The translations under genes and the position numbers were made by a program. A model generated the notes under the pieces. It had not been told where the DNA came from, did no database searches, and worked only from the letters and a program-made list of their open reading frames with translations. DNA of 64,000 bases, from positions 4,526,001 to 4,590,000 of the forward strand of contig CATNEN010000033.1 of the NCBI GenBank assembly GCA_950097015.1, read 5' to 3'. Positions 1 through 12,751 of the stretch are shown in pieces. This DNA is from Macrostomum hystrix. Lineage: Eukaryota > Animalia > Platyhelminthes. How positions within the stretch are numbered: the stretch's first letter is position 1; the number at the start of each line of letters is the position of its first letter.

Positions 1-553
1 TGAGTAGTGCAGTAGGCTTATCGTTGTCCGAATATTTTCCTAACTAAAAGTACACTGTCTGCGCACACGCAGCGAACAGACTCGAAGTTCGCACTTTCCG
101 CTGCGAACGGCAGCCTCAGTTACCAGTGTTTATAGCAGCTTGGATTTGGGAGATTTGAAAAATACTGCCAGCCAGCCACAAACGCAGCCTCCTCCCGTCC
201 CGCAGAGCCAAGCCGGTTCGACGCCCGCTTCCCTCGGAGTGTCTACCTGCACCAGAACCGCCGGCTGTCCACAGGCCTGGTCAGAGCCACCCCCTGCCCA
301 CTGAAACCCAACCAGAGCGCCTGTTTGGCCAAGATTAGATAAAGCCTTTAGTGTTTGCAGTTGCCTTGGCAACCGGGTGGCAACCTTCGGTAGCTTTTTA
401 GATAGCTAATCCCAAATCCCCAACCCCTACAGGTGTGTGAGTGTCCAGAGCTCGAATTTTAATTTCAGATTGGAAAATTCCTTCGGACCGGAACAGAGGG
501 ACCTCATCACGGACTTGGCAGCTCAGTTGGTGAGTTTGTGAAGGATGGAGTAG

Positions 554-1074
554 AGCCCTGTGTGTCTGTGACTGAGTGGATTGCTAGCCTAGCCCTGTGT
601 GTCTGTGACTGAGTGGATTGCTAGCCTAGCCCTGTGTGTCTGTGACTGAGTGGATTGCTAGCCTAGCCCCGTGTGCCTGTGACTGAGTGGATTGCTAACC
701 TAGCCCTGTGTGCCTGTGACTGAGTGGATTGCTAACCTAGCCCTGTGTGCCTGTGACTGAGTAGATTGCTAACCTAGCCCTGTGTGTCTGTGACTGAGTG
801 GATTGCTAGCCTAGCCCTGTGTGTCTGTGACTGAGTGGATTGCTAGCCTAGCCCTGTGTGTCTGTGACTGAGTGGATTGCTAGCCTAGCCCTGTGTGTCT
901 GTGACTGAGTGGATTGCTAGCCTAGCCCTGTGTGTCTGTGACTGAGTGGATTGCTAGCCTAGCCCTGTGTGTCTGTGACTGAGTGGATTGCTAGCCTAGC
1001 CCTGTGTGTCTGTGACTGAGTGGATTGCTAGCCTAGCCCTGTGTGTCTGTGACTGAGTGGATTGCTAGCCTAGC
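554..1074. repeat. 37-bp minisatellite, ~14 copies (AGCCCTGTGTGTCTGTGACTGAGTGGATTGCTAGCCT), probably intronic
   Basis: Unit starts at 554, 591 and onward (period 37). It lies between a GTGAGT donor at 530 and the CAG acceptor at 1091-1093. Confidence 0.97.
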
Positions 1075-1093
1075 ATCACCCACCTCTCCTCAG

Positions 1094-4000
1094 ACGCACT
1101 GGACCTCGCAGTGAAAAGTGCCGCAAACTCAGCCAAGCCAGCCCACACCCAGCAACCTGCAGTGCCAGAACAGGCCACCCCCAGGCCTCAGTTTGATCAT
1201 AGTCTTCCAGCCAGGGCCGTCAGCTCCAGGCTCAGCCTCCTGCACAGACCTCAGCTGCAGCATCGCAAGATGGCGGACTCACTTGATACTGCCGGAGGAG
1301 ATTCCCCTACGCATCTCCATGGCAACCACTATTCTCGAAGGTATCGATATAGGAAAAAAATAGGATAAATAGAGATCTTGTTAAAATCTTTTGGCTCAGC
1401 TGCTATCGTCAGAGATACTCGTTTTCTGGTCATGAATGCTCGTTTCTGGTCATAAATGCTCGTTTCTGGTCATAAATGCTCGTTTCTGGTCATAAATGCT
1501 CGTTTCTGGTCATGAATAGTCGGTGCATATTGACTTTCAAATATGCATACCAGCTCCAGTACTCAAAGCAATTTCTCTCTCATTTTCAATCGGCTTCCAG
1601 AATTCGAAAAGTGTCTTTCGGCGCCCCACTGAACCAGGCGGCGGTAAGGATTGCGAATTGTTTAGCAAAATCAGCAGATTTTTTGACGCAGTCACTGGCT
1701 AAAAACTGCCGACACTCCCCAACAGCCGCCGGAGCAGCAGCACCGGGACCTGTACCTTCAGGACCTGGTCAGCAGGCCAGTTCAGATGGAGGACGCAAAA
1801 CTCACCGACCAGGAGCGCCAGCAGAACTCACTGCTGCTGCGGCAGGCGGCACAGGCGAGCAGCCGGCTGAGGGAGGACGGCAGCGCGTCATCGCCGGACG
1901 GCTCGCCGAGGCACGGCAACAAGAGGCCGAGCCGAACCTCTTCTTCGTTCTTGTCATCGCTAAGGGTTTGTGCTTGCTTTTTACAGTCCATGGACTGAAC
2001 AGCTAGCTGTACACAGCCACTGGCTGCACATTCAGTCCAACTGGGCTAGCTTCAATTGATAACTGTCTATAAGATAGCGCGACTGTCATCGATTAACCCC
2101 AGTTCTCACATTACTGTAGAAAGACCCGCTATTTTTTCCCCTGGGCAAAATGCCCAGTTCACCACAGCTCCCAATTCGAATGACCGATTTTCGTGAAACT
2201 TCAACAAAACAATGCATCGTCGGGATATTCAGCGATTCTTCTCGAAGACCCTGGTGACAAGTACAACTGACACTGTTCTGATTAACCTCTTCGGCGAATG
2301 CAAAGACCATAACAACTGTACAGATAGAACACTACAGTGTACAGATCGTACAGTTGCATAATCAGCTGCATCTGGCCTTCCACACCTGCAGCAGGAGTCG
2401 GACTACAGTCTGTGGAGCCACTCGGAGGCGCCCGGAGCTTCGCTGTCCCTCGACGGCTACTCCCGCTCGCAGTCGCAGGCGGATCCGGCGGACTCTTCAG
2501 AGGTGTCGTCGGCGGAGGCGACAGCCGCCGGTGGACCCGCAACTGTTCCTAGAAGCCAGCAGGCATCACAACCGACGGTGGGCGATTCGCCGAAGGCGGA
2601 CCTCCTCGTGCCGTTTCCCTCGCTGCCGAACGCCAGGCTTCAGTCGCTGTCGCTTCTGCCAGCCAGCCTAACCGACCTAGAAAGTCGAAACGGCTCCGTG
2701 TCCCTGATCGACTCAGGCCGGCGCTTCCGCCTCGAGGACATCCCCGACTCGGAGCTGGAGGACCGGGTTCGCTCCCTGGCCATCTCGTTCTCAAACGACG
2801 CGACGACTCTGGTTGGCCGGGTGAAGCGGCTGTTTCTGTCTCGCACCAACCTGGAGCAGAATGTGACCACGGAGCTCGCGGCGCTCGAGGCCGAGCTGGC
2901 GGCGTTCAGAAACGGCGGACCGGCGCCAGCGCAGGCTCCGACAGCCGGTCTCGGGGTGCTCAGGGAGCTGCTGGACAAGCTGAACAGGACTGCCGAGATT
3001 CTGGGAGCTGTTCAGCAGGTGGGGATTTGCTTCTGGCAAAACGTTTTATAAGCGTTAACTTAGCGTTCAACAATCCCCTTAACTTGAACCTCAAGGAGAG
3101 CCGCCTGAACTATACATTCCACCTGATGCTCAAGTACATGGAACTGCTCAAAGAGGAGAAGGAAAAGATGACTACTGAATTAGACCAGATGCGGTGAGCG
3201 CACAGCTACTGCACTGCTCAGGCTGAACTTCTCTTATCTTTGTTTTCTTGGTCTCAAATTTCAGACAAGCCATGGACGAAGGCAAGTTCTACATGCCTGA
3301 TGACGACCTGATGAGCAAGCGCTCAAAATCCGTTATAGGGGCCGCCAGCCAGAAGGTGAGCTTGCACAGCTTGCTATCTCTATCTCCCTCCTCTCCTCTC
3401 AACTCTCATATCCTCCGTCACACTTAATAGGAGAACCAGCGCAACAAGTTCCAGGACTTCAGTCGCACCGTTGCCAGGACTTCGTCCATTACCACACTGC
3501 GCAGGCGGATGTCGCAAAATCGGAAAAGCACCGACGATCTGGACGGTGACAAGTGAGCTTCAGGCTTTAAACTTGACCCACAGCTAAACTTGACAACGGA
3601 GTGGGGTGGGTGTAGGACGTAAAGATAAGAGAAATGGAGTGAGGTGGGTGTAGGGCGTAAAGATAAGAGAAAGGGAGTGAGGTGGGTGTAGGACTTGAAG
3701 ATAAGAGAAATGGAGTGAGGTGAGTGTAGGACGTAAAGATAAGAGAAAGGGAGTGAGGTGGGTGTAGGACGTAAAGATAAGAGAAATGGAGTGAGGTGAG
3801 TGTAGGACTTGAAGATAAGAGAAAGGGAGTGAGGTGGGTGTAGGACGTAAAGATAAGAGAAATGGAGTGAGGTGAGTGTAGGACGTAAAGATAAGAGAAA
3901 TGGAGTGAGGTGAGTGTAGGACGTAAAGATAAGAGAAATGGAGTGAGGTGAGTGTAGGACGTAAAGATAAGAGAAATGGAGTGAGGTGGATGTAGGACGT

Positions 4001-4535
4001 AAAGATAAGAGAAAGGGAGTGAGGTGGGTGTAGGACGTAAAGATAAGAGAAATGGAGTGAGGTGAGTGTAGGACGTAAAGATAAGAGAGAGGGAGTGAGG
4101 AGGGTATAGGACGTAAAGGTGAAAGAAAGTGAGTGAGGTGAGAGAAGGCAGTCGCAGGTCTGTGCCGGATTTCACAGTTCGAACTGAAATTCCGATTTTG
4201 CGGCTTACAGGCGGGACAGCGGCAAGGACTGCAAGAAGTGGAAGATCGAGGAGGAAATCTACCAGTCTGGCTTCGAGCGCGGAGTCCGCATGGCAACCAG
4301 CCAGCAGCTATCGCAGCTCAAAACAGAGCAGGCGGCCTTCTCCGATCAGCTGGAGCGGATGACGGATCGGCAGCACCTGACGGAGGCTGAAGAGGCTGAC
4401 CTTGAACGTCTGTCCTCTGATTTGCTGGCTGACAAGCGGCTCAGACTGTTCCTGGCGCCATTCACCCTATTGGTGACAGCTGTTCTGCTGCTTTGGGTCA
4501 TTTTCTACCCCATTGTCAAGCAGGTTCTGACCTGA
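1094..4535 (+). CDS. IRAG1/IRAG2-like: IRAG/LRMP (MRVI1/Jaw1)-family coiled-coil tail-anchored membrane protein, 5'-incomplete. Exons 1094-1340, 1692-1965, 2392-3018, 3096-3193, 3265-3355, 3431-3552, 4211-4535; possible further exon 469-529
   Basis: All junctions are GT-AG and phase-consistent. SLAISFSNDATTLVGRVKRLFLSRTNLEQNVTTEL...AEILGAVQQ|ESRLNYTFHLMLKYMELLKEEKEKMTTELDQMR resembles, from recall, the LRMP/MRVI1 coiled coil (LSLGFKCDWFTLEKRVKLEERSRDLAEENL...AEMLGAINQESRVSKAVEVMIQHVENLK). EEIYQSGFERGV resembles MRVI1 EEAYSKGFQEGL. There is a single C-terminal TM helix (LFLAPFTLLVTAVLLLWVIFYPIV). Confidence 0.82.
1417..1516. repeat. 20-bp tandem repeat x~5 (ATGCTCGTTTCTGGTCATAA), intronic
   Basis: Directly visible, inside intron 1341-1691. 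Confidence 0.9.
3612..4140. repeat. 38-bp purine-rich minisatellite x~14, intronic
   Basis: GTAGGACGTAAAGATAAGAGAAATGGAGTGAGGTGGGT at 3612, 3650 and onward; fills most of intron 3553-4210. Confidence 0.97.
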
Positions 4536-4789
4536 TCACCATTATAGATGTGATGGAGAAACGTATTGTTGAAATCTAGACATTTTAATTAGATTTATGG
4601 TCTTGTAGCTCGCACTGCACACTGTAAATATTGTGTTAAACGATTGCTGTGAGAAATACAAAAATGTGTTTATTTATATGAGCCGAAACTGTATTGTGTG
4701 TTGCATCACAGTAGGAATTATTTTATGCAGGAAATAATAACTCCAGCGTTACCGAAAACTTTCACGAAGTAACAAATTAGCCTCATTTG

Positions 4790-5215
4790 ATGACTACAAC
4801 TGACTGGATTGCTAGACTAGCCTTGATTGACTGCAACTGAATGGATTGCTAGACTAGCCTTGATTGACTGCAACTGAATGGATTGCTAGACTAGCCTTGA
4901 TTGACTGCAACTGACTGGATTGCTAGACTAGCCTTGATTGACTGCAACTGAATGGATTGCTAGACTAGCCTTGATTGACTGCAACTGAATGGATTGCTAG
5001 ACTAGCCTTGATTGACTGCAACTGACTGGATTGCTAGACTAGCCTTGATTGACTGCAACTGAATGGATTGCTAGACTAGCCTTGATTGACTGCAACTGAC
5101 TGGATTGCTAGACTAGCCTTGATTGACTGCAACTGACTGGATTGCTAGACTAGCCTTGATTGACTGCAACTGACTGGATTGCTAGACTAGCCTTGATTGA
5201 CTGCAACTGAATGGT
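4790..5215. repeat. 37-bp minisatellite x~11 (GACTGCAACTGAATGGATTGCTAGACTAGCCTTGATT)
   Basis: GGATTGCTAG recurs at 4806, 4843 and onward (period 37). Confidence 0.97.
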
Positions 5216-5904
5216 TTATAGAAGCTTTATAGTACGGGCCGGTTGTGCCTAAGCTCCAGTATTTGTACAGGCAATCGGCAACGTCAGCCTGGTGTCCCGC
5301 CACCGAGACATGTGCTGTGTGCTGTGCCCAGTAAATGACCCAGTACGAGTAAATGAATCATGAATAGTCGATAGATCTAATTGTGTTTATTTCCGTTTTT
5401 ACATGCATTTTAACTGGCCAATCGATGATATAGCTTGTCATCCAGCCACAGACAGCTTAGGTCGTACTTTTGTCTTGAGGTAAAATGATTGCTGAATAAT
5501 TAAAATATAAAGCCGCGAGATTGAGCCGGAACCAGAGTGCAAGGCATAAGTATATAGCAACGCGCCTTACCAAGTAGACAAGCAGACAAGAGTAGCGGTG
5601 TTGTATGCAGCTCCATTATTAAGAGACCCGTTACCGATGCATGAGTTGGTGGACCAGTTCGCTGTTGACTAGTTTCTAACCCGCGCAGCACTTGCCTGCC
5701 GAGAGAGACAGGGGGCAGGGAGTACAGAGAGAGACAGAGGGAGAGACAGACTGAGCAAGCTGCTGCTGGGGTGAAGCTGCTGAGGGAGAGACAGTTTTGG
5801 TCCTTTGCAAAAGTTCAGAGCTTATAAGTGAAGCCTGTAGCCCCTTTAGCTGGCGGTTCTAATCTGGAAATTTCGCCAGCCTGTCAGGTAGTTGCTAAGG
5901 AGGC

Positions 5905-7242
<1,338 letters not shown>

Positions 7243-7619
7243 CTGCGGGATAAATGGGAGGCCGTGGTCAATGCGCCGAACACAGAACATAGTTTTCATA
7301 TTTCCTTTCTTTCACATTTACAGTTTTTCCTGTGAAGTCTTTTTTTGTATAGATAAACTATTTTCTCAGCTTTTTTTCAAAACAAATGCAAGTTCCTCAA
7401 ATCGACAACAGCTGGCACAGTTTTCTCGGTGCATCCATTGTGTGCTTCTGAATTTGTACAATCGAGTTATATATTTTTCTGCAGCGAGCAAGCATTAGGT
7501 ATTTGAGGAGTTCATGCTAATAAGAAAAAATAACTTGATTAGAAAGCATAAATTTTAACACGAAATCGGCAATAAACGTCATTTATGATACGGTGAAAGC
7601 ACACCAGTTCGTCAGCATT

Positions 7620-10600
7620 TCACTTTCTAAATGGTCGCTGATCCAACCGTGGAGCACCTCGAAGACTTTCGCTGCTGGCCGCATCGTCCGATGAAAAGCC
7701 GAAGCTGCTGCACTCGCTGCCGCTGTCCAGAAGCTGAGACGATCTGGACGATCCCGACGAGGAAGAGGCGGAGGAAAAAGTCGAAACGGACATGCTGGAA
7801 GATTGCGGCAGTCGAAGCCGCAGACGGCGGATTTCCTTATCTAAGCAGCCTGCGAGGCTTTGCTGTTGCCGCTGCTGCTGCTGTTGCCGCTGCTGCTGCT
7901 GCTCCTGCTGCTGCTGCTGCTGTAGCTGCTGCCATTGCTGCTGCTGTTTTGGCTGCTGCTGCTGCTGCTGCAATTGCTGTTGCTTTTGCTGCTGCCATTG
8001 CTGTTGCTTTTGCTGCTGCCATTGCTGTTGCTGATTCTGCTGTTGTTGCTGACGCAATGTGGCACTTGGACTTCCCTCGTCTGCCTCCGATCCCGAGTCA
8101 GACGAGTCTGTGTCAGACGAGTCTGTGTCAGGCGAGTCTGTGTCAGACGACGCGGCCTCGGCTGCTGCCTCTTCCAGCGGCATCTCAGGAAGGCTCTCAA
8201 GCGACGGCCTCTGGATGACAAGCTGGCGCATGCCCTTGTGATTCGCCTGAATGCCGCGCCGCTCCACATCCGAGTAAGTATAGAGCTCCATGAGTTCGCG
8301 CAGCTGCCAGGGACAGCTGGGTTCGTCTGAGAGCTCGCTGGCGCTGCTCCAGGTGCATTCATCCTCGAGCGCCTGCTGTTTCACTTCGACATCTTCGGCA
8401 TGATCGGCCGTGCTGCCGCTGCACCGAGTCATCGAAGAGTCCCGCGTTGATGGCGACCTCGACGGTGATAAGCGGCAGCCGATGCAGCGGGCCAGTGCGT
8501 CCAACTCCGCTAGCAGAGTAGCCTCCAATCCGGCCGGTGTTGGCAGCTTGCGCAGGCGGGCCAGAAGTTCAGTGGCCGCCTCGGCCGCCTGAGACGACAT
8601 CTCCGACGATGCCGGTGCCGCCTGATGAAGCGAAGCGGGTAGTGGCGAAGGCGGCGGTGACGCGGAAGGCGGTGAAGAATGCGAATCGTAGTTTTCCTGA
8701 ATCGGCCCCTCGTTGGGTTTTTTCTCGCTAGTGCTGCTGCCTTCGGGAGATGACGCAGCTCTCATGTTCCACGAGAAGCTTAACTTGATTGGTCTCACGC
8801 GCTGCTGTGACACGCTGTCAGTCAACATTTCGCTGTCACTAGGCCTTCTTTGATTGTTGTGATGAATTTGCCTCATCCGGCTTGCTCTGTTGACGGAGCT
8901 TTCTCTGAAGCTGGGCTTTGAGCAGCTGCTACAGCTGCTGGCAGATGAGGCTTCGCCCATGTCCCAATGGTCATTGTCTGTGTCTAGGCCTGCCATGAGG
9001 GTCACTTTTGGCGACTGTTTTGAAGGCGACAAGAAATTTGGGGACTCAGGTGAAGGCTGCGGCAGCTTCAATGGAACTGAAAGCATTGCTGGTAGAGAAG
9101 CTGGGGGCGGAGGTGGTGTTGGCGGAGGTGCATGGGACGCAGGCGCTGCTAGAGGAGAATTTCCCACGAAAATCGGAAATGACACGAGAGAGTTACTGCC
9201 ATCCATGTCATCAGATTGAAGGTCGATGACACTACCGCCGCTGCTGCCGGCTTGCAAAAGGCTCTCAAATGACTTCTGAGTTACCTTGGTGGAGCCCTGA
9301 GTCTCTTTAATCAGCAGTGTTGGCGATCCCGACAGCCCAGCTGACAACGCTTCATCCGGGCAGTCAACGGACAGATTGAGCACCGCCTCCTCGAGAAGTC
9401 GAAGCATTGCGCCCTGTTTTATTCGCTTCGCCTCCGCTTTAGATACCAGTCGACGATGAGGCGGCGGTGGCGGCGGTGGGAGATGCAGAGGCTTTTTGGC
9501 TGATACGGGTTCTGGGGTCGGCGCAACCCAACGACGCCGTGAAACTGCCGAAGTGGTCGATGATGGCCGTCTCCGTTGAGGAGCAGCCCGTGATTCGCAT
9601 CCGGACTTCGTCTGTGGCTGAGCCTGCGGCCTGGGAGGCGTGAACTGATGCTGAAAACGCTGCGGTCGGACGGCGAACAACGCGGGTCGCTTTTTCTTGG
9701 GGTAAGGCGCTGCAGGCGGTGGCTGCGATTGAAGCGAAGCCGTTGGATTTTGCAGGCTTCGATGATGCGACGAGCTAGGGCGTATCGAAGAATGCAGCAG
9801 CTGGTGAAGAGGCGGCTCTGGCAGCGGCGGCTGCTTTGGCGGTGGTTGCTTCAACGGTGAGGGTAGCTGGGTGACCGGAGATGCGACGAAAGTTGACGAC
9901 GCCGCAGAGGCTGCATCTGGAGATTCCAACAAGCTGGCCAGAAAGGTAAGCCGATTAGGTTCTGCTTGGTGATTGGACTGCAGGACCCAACCATTAAATG
10001 TGGACAGGACAACTTCGGACTGTCGATCATCTGGTTGGCGCCAATTCTGGTGAGCTGCAGAAAACTTCCGTTCTTCATCCGAAGAGCACTCCATTGAGTC
10101 AGAGTCTTCTTCTGACGTAGTCCTTGTCGCTGTCGTTCTCGATGCACTGGAAGTCGCGGGCGTTGGCAGCGGCGGTGTCGGCTGCGGTGTCGGAGTCGGC
10201 GTTCGCGACTCAATTGTGTTGCACCTGCGCCTCGGGGCCGGTTGCAGACTGTGGCCCCGGCTTCGGTTGTCATTCTCGGTGCTAACGGGTGCTCCTCTGG
10301 ACCGCGAACGCCGACTTCCGACGCGCTTGAGGAAGCTGCGGATCAGCCCGAACCGTCGGCTGCCAGTGCCGGAGCTCTCGCCGCTTTCCTTGGTGGTGAC
10401 AGTGAGCGAGTCGGCAGCCTTAGATCCATTCTTGCTTGAGCAGACGCGAATCTCAGGTGGCGAAGACATCCTCGCAACCGGGTGCCGCGGCCATCGACGG
10501 AGCATAGCGCGCGACCTACCTGGCTGCCGACGGATCTCCCTGAACGCATCGGCAGCAAACGACATCGGGGTCTCCAGCAGCACGATGCGGGCCGTTGCCA

Positions 10601-10946
10601 CGGGACCCTGCCACTGTGGCGGATTCGGCTGAACTGCCTTCAGTCGATCTTTGAATGGGCAGCCGTCGCCGCTTCTGTCTTCGCCACTTGGCGCAGCTTG
10701 GCGGGGTCGCCGTCGAACCCTTGACTTCACCGACCCAGAGGGTCCTGCAAGATGCCGCTGCTTCAGCGCATGCGCGTCGCGGGCCGCCTTGGCCAGGTTC
10801 AACCGGCCGAAGATGATGCCTGGAGCCGGCACGGGGCTGCTTGGTCGCCGACGGCTCGCACCCGCGCCCACCGAGGACAGCCTGCTGGTCGCCATAGAAA
10901 CGCTGTCCGTTGCATCTGTGCTGTCGCCAGTGGCCCTAGACCACAT
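7620..10946 (-). CDS. 1108-aa low-complexity (Ser/Pro/Gln/Arg-rich), probably disordered protein with no recognised domain
   Basis: 3.3-kb stop-free, mostly non-repetitive, GC-rich ORF flanked by AT-rich DNA, with poly-P, poly-S and poly-Q tracts. Confidence 0.72.
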   Translation of the reverse strand: MWSRATGDSTDATDSVSMATSRLSSVGAGASRRRPSSPVPAPGIIFGRLNLAKAARDAHALKQRHLAGPSGSVKSRVRRRPRQAAPSGEDRSGDGCPFKDRLKAVQPNPPQWQGPVATARIVLLETPMSFAADAFREIRRQPGRSRAMLRRWPRHPVARMSSPPEIRVCSSKNGSKAADSLTVTTKESGESSGTGSRRFGLIRSFLKRVGSRRSRSRGAPVSTENDNRSRGHSLQPAPRRRCNTIESRTPTPTPQPTPPLPTPATSSASRTTATRTTSEEDSDSMECSSDEERKFSAAHQNWRQPDDRQSEVVLSTFNGWVLQSNHQAEPNRLTFLASLLESPDAASAASSTFVASPVTQLPSPLKQPPPKQPPLPEPPLHQLLHSSIRPSSSHHRSLQNPTASLQSQPPPAAPYPKKKRPALFAVRPQRFQHQFTPPRPQAQPQTKSGCESRAAPQRRRPSSTTSAVSRRRWVAPTPEPVSAKKPLHLPPPPPPPHRRLVSKAEAKRIKQGAMLRLLEEAVLNLSVDCPDEALSAGLSGSPTLLIKETQGSTKVTQKSFESLLQAGSSGGSVIDLQSDDMDGSNSLVSFPIFVGNSPLAAPASHAPPPTPPPPPASLPAMLSVPLKLPQPSPESPNFLSPSKQSPKVTLMAGLDTDNDHWDMGEASSASSCSSCSKPSFRESSVNRASRMRQIHHNNQRRPSDSEMLTDSVSQQRVRPIKLSFSWNMRAASSPEGSSTSEKKPNEGPIQENYDSHSSPPSASPPPSPLPASLHQAAPASSEMSSQAAEAATELLARLRKLPTPAGLEATLLAELDALARCIGCRLSPSRSPSTRDSSMTRCSGSTADHAEDVEVKQQALEDECTWSSASELSDEPSCPWQLRELMELYTYSDVERRGIQANHKGMRQLVIQRPSLESLPEMPLEEAAAEAASSDTDSPDTDSSDTDSSDSGSEADEGSPSATLRQQQQQNQQQQWQQQKQQQWQQQKQQQLQQQQQQPKQQQQWQQLQQQQQQEQQQQRQQQQQRQQQSLAGCLDKEIRRLRLRLPQSSSMSVSTFSSASSSSGSSRSSQLLDSGSECSSFGFSSDDAASSESLRGAPRLDQRPFRK

Positions 10947-11911
10947 TGAGAGTCTGTTTTTAGATTTTTGTTCCGTCGTTTGCTTCGATCAGATTTCATA
11001 GAGTTCGAGATAGTCGTCTTATCGAAAGTATGGGTCAATTATTCTAATAACTAATTGCCAGAAGTAGTTCTCAGTGTTGACTAAAAGCTTGAGTGTTGAC
11101 GCTGCTTTTAGTTGCCGCTTCGACGGTTTTCTATGGTTTGGTTTGCTTTATCCAGACAAACCCAAACAATAAATTTTATCAATTGAGCAGTCTCGTTTCA
11201 CAGAAGTGATTATGTCTATGGCCAAAGTACCATTGAATTCTGCAAGATTGGCAGCTTATTTTTAGCAGAGGTGCTAGTTGTTCTAGTAACTATGTAAAAC
11301 AACTAAGAATGGGAATCTCGAGAGCCGAAGGCTGGTAGTGCTATAAGCTATTTTGCCGCTTTTTTTCATACAAAGAGGGAGAATTTTCCCCTCCCCGGGC
11401 AAATATTTTTGCTGCACCAGAACGGAGCGACGCAAGCACACGAAACTCAAGAACACGGGCCAAATTTTTGTTGCGCATCTTCTGAAACAAGAATCAAGTT
11501 GCCGGCCCTGCAGACCGTTAACATATTCATCGGTTCTGGTCGAAGATAATATTTTTTCCTGAAGAGCCATATGTGTATTTTATACCCCTATATACGCATT
11601 TACACTGCGCCTCAGTGCGGCCTTGCCAGGCCTTCAAACTTTATCAGAGCGTCACCTTTATCAGGGCTGAGCCTCATCTCCTATAACTTGGGGTTGCGAT
11701 ATGCGCGTTGCCCCCCCCGCAGGTGGTGAGCTAGTTTTTTGAATGTAGCGTGTTATTTCTTATATCAATTACCAGGCCTAAAACTAAAACAGGCCAAATA
11801 TTTAACCTACAGTAGAATTAGATACCAACAATTTATATATATGCATGTACAAACTGAGTACATATGCAACTCTGTCTTGTATTTGTAAATGTAATCACAC
11901 TGACTGGCTGG

Positions 11912-12751
11912 TTACGGGTTAATCTCCATAGCCAGCTGCTGGTCCCTATCGCACAGTATCGCCAGCTCCTGATTGGCTATGAAGGTTAGTATAAAGTTAA
12001 ACAGTAGAGCCTCGATGTACAGCTGGTTTTCGAAGTTGCGCAACAACTGCGGCGTGTACGGAAAGCTCAGCCCGACATCGTGCAGCTCCTTGCCGTTCTT
12101 AGTCTTTGGCGGGAACACTCGAATCAGCCGCTCATCTGGGCCATTGTAGGCCATGCAGATGGCAGCCGGCAACTGGTCAGGAACCGGCATCTCCCAGCGA
12201 GGCGGCCGGACAATCACCAATGCCAGTTTGTAGGGCGGCTGCAGGTTGTATCTGTGGAGTGAGGTGGGGCGAGTTGGAGTGAGGTGGAGTGAGGTGGGGC
12301 GAGTTGGAGTGAGGTGGGGCGAGTTGGAGTGAGGTGGGGCGAGTTGGAGTGAGGTGGGGCGAGTTGGAGTGAGGTGGGGCGAGTTGGAGTGAGGTGCGGC
12401 GAGATGGAGTGAGGTGAGGGCGAGTTGTTGCTGTGGAGTGAGTTGTTGCATTTTGTGTGTGTTCTGGAGTAATTTTGTGCAAGTGACGGGTGTGCAGGTC
12501 AGAACAACTCGGCGGAAGCAGGTCGCATGTTAATTAGAGGATACTATAGCTTACCGAACATTGTGGCAGATTCGGTGCCATATTGGCACCAGGACTCGCT
12601 TGATGTAGTTCATGCTGCACTCATTATAGAAGCCGTTCAGCACCGCGCAATAATAATCCTCGAAGGTGTGCTGGGTGGGGATGTTAACGAAAAACACGCT
12701 TCGCTTGCGAAACTCGTCAAACAGAGACCAGTTGTCTAGGTAGTGAACCAT
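11912..12751 (-). CDS. Orphan two-exon protein, ~178 aa (exons 12751-12555 and 12251-11912)
   Basis: GTT CG|GTAAGC donor and CCACAG|A TAC acceptor join two ORF-track frames in phase: MVHYLDNWSLFDEF...ICHNVR-YNLQPPYKLALV...MEINP*. The sequence is globular-looking and aromatic-rich. Confidence 0.6.
12255..12430. repeat. 20-bp G-rich tandem repeat x~8 (GAGTTGGAGTGAGGTGGGGC), intronic
   Basis: Abuts the acceptor at 12252 of the orphan gene. Confidence 0.93.

Noticed and set aside
3424-4296. 290-aa and 202-aa minus ORFs
   Set aside because: Antisense translation of an intronic 38-bp array and of plus-strand exons.
7631-10724. Multiple plus-strand ORFs (poly-Ala, poly-Cys, poly-Leu)
   Set aside because: Shadow frames of the CAG-rich 1108-aa minus-strand ORF.
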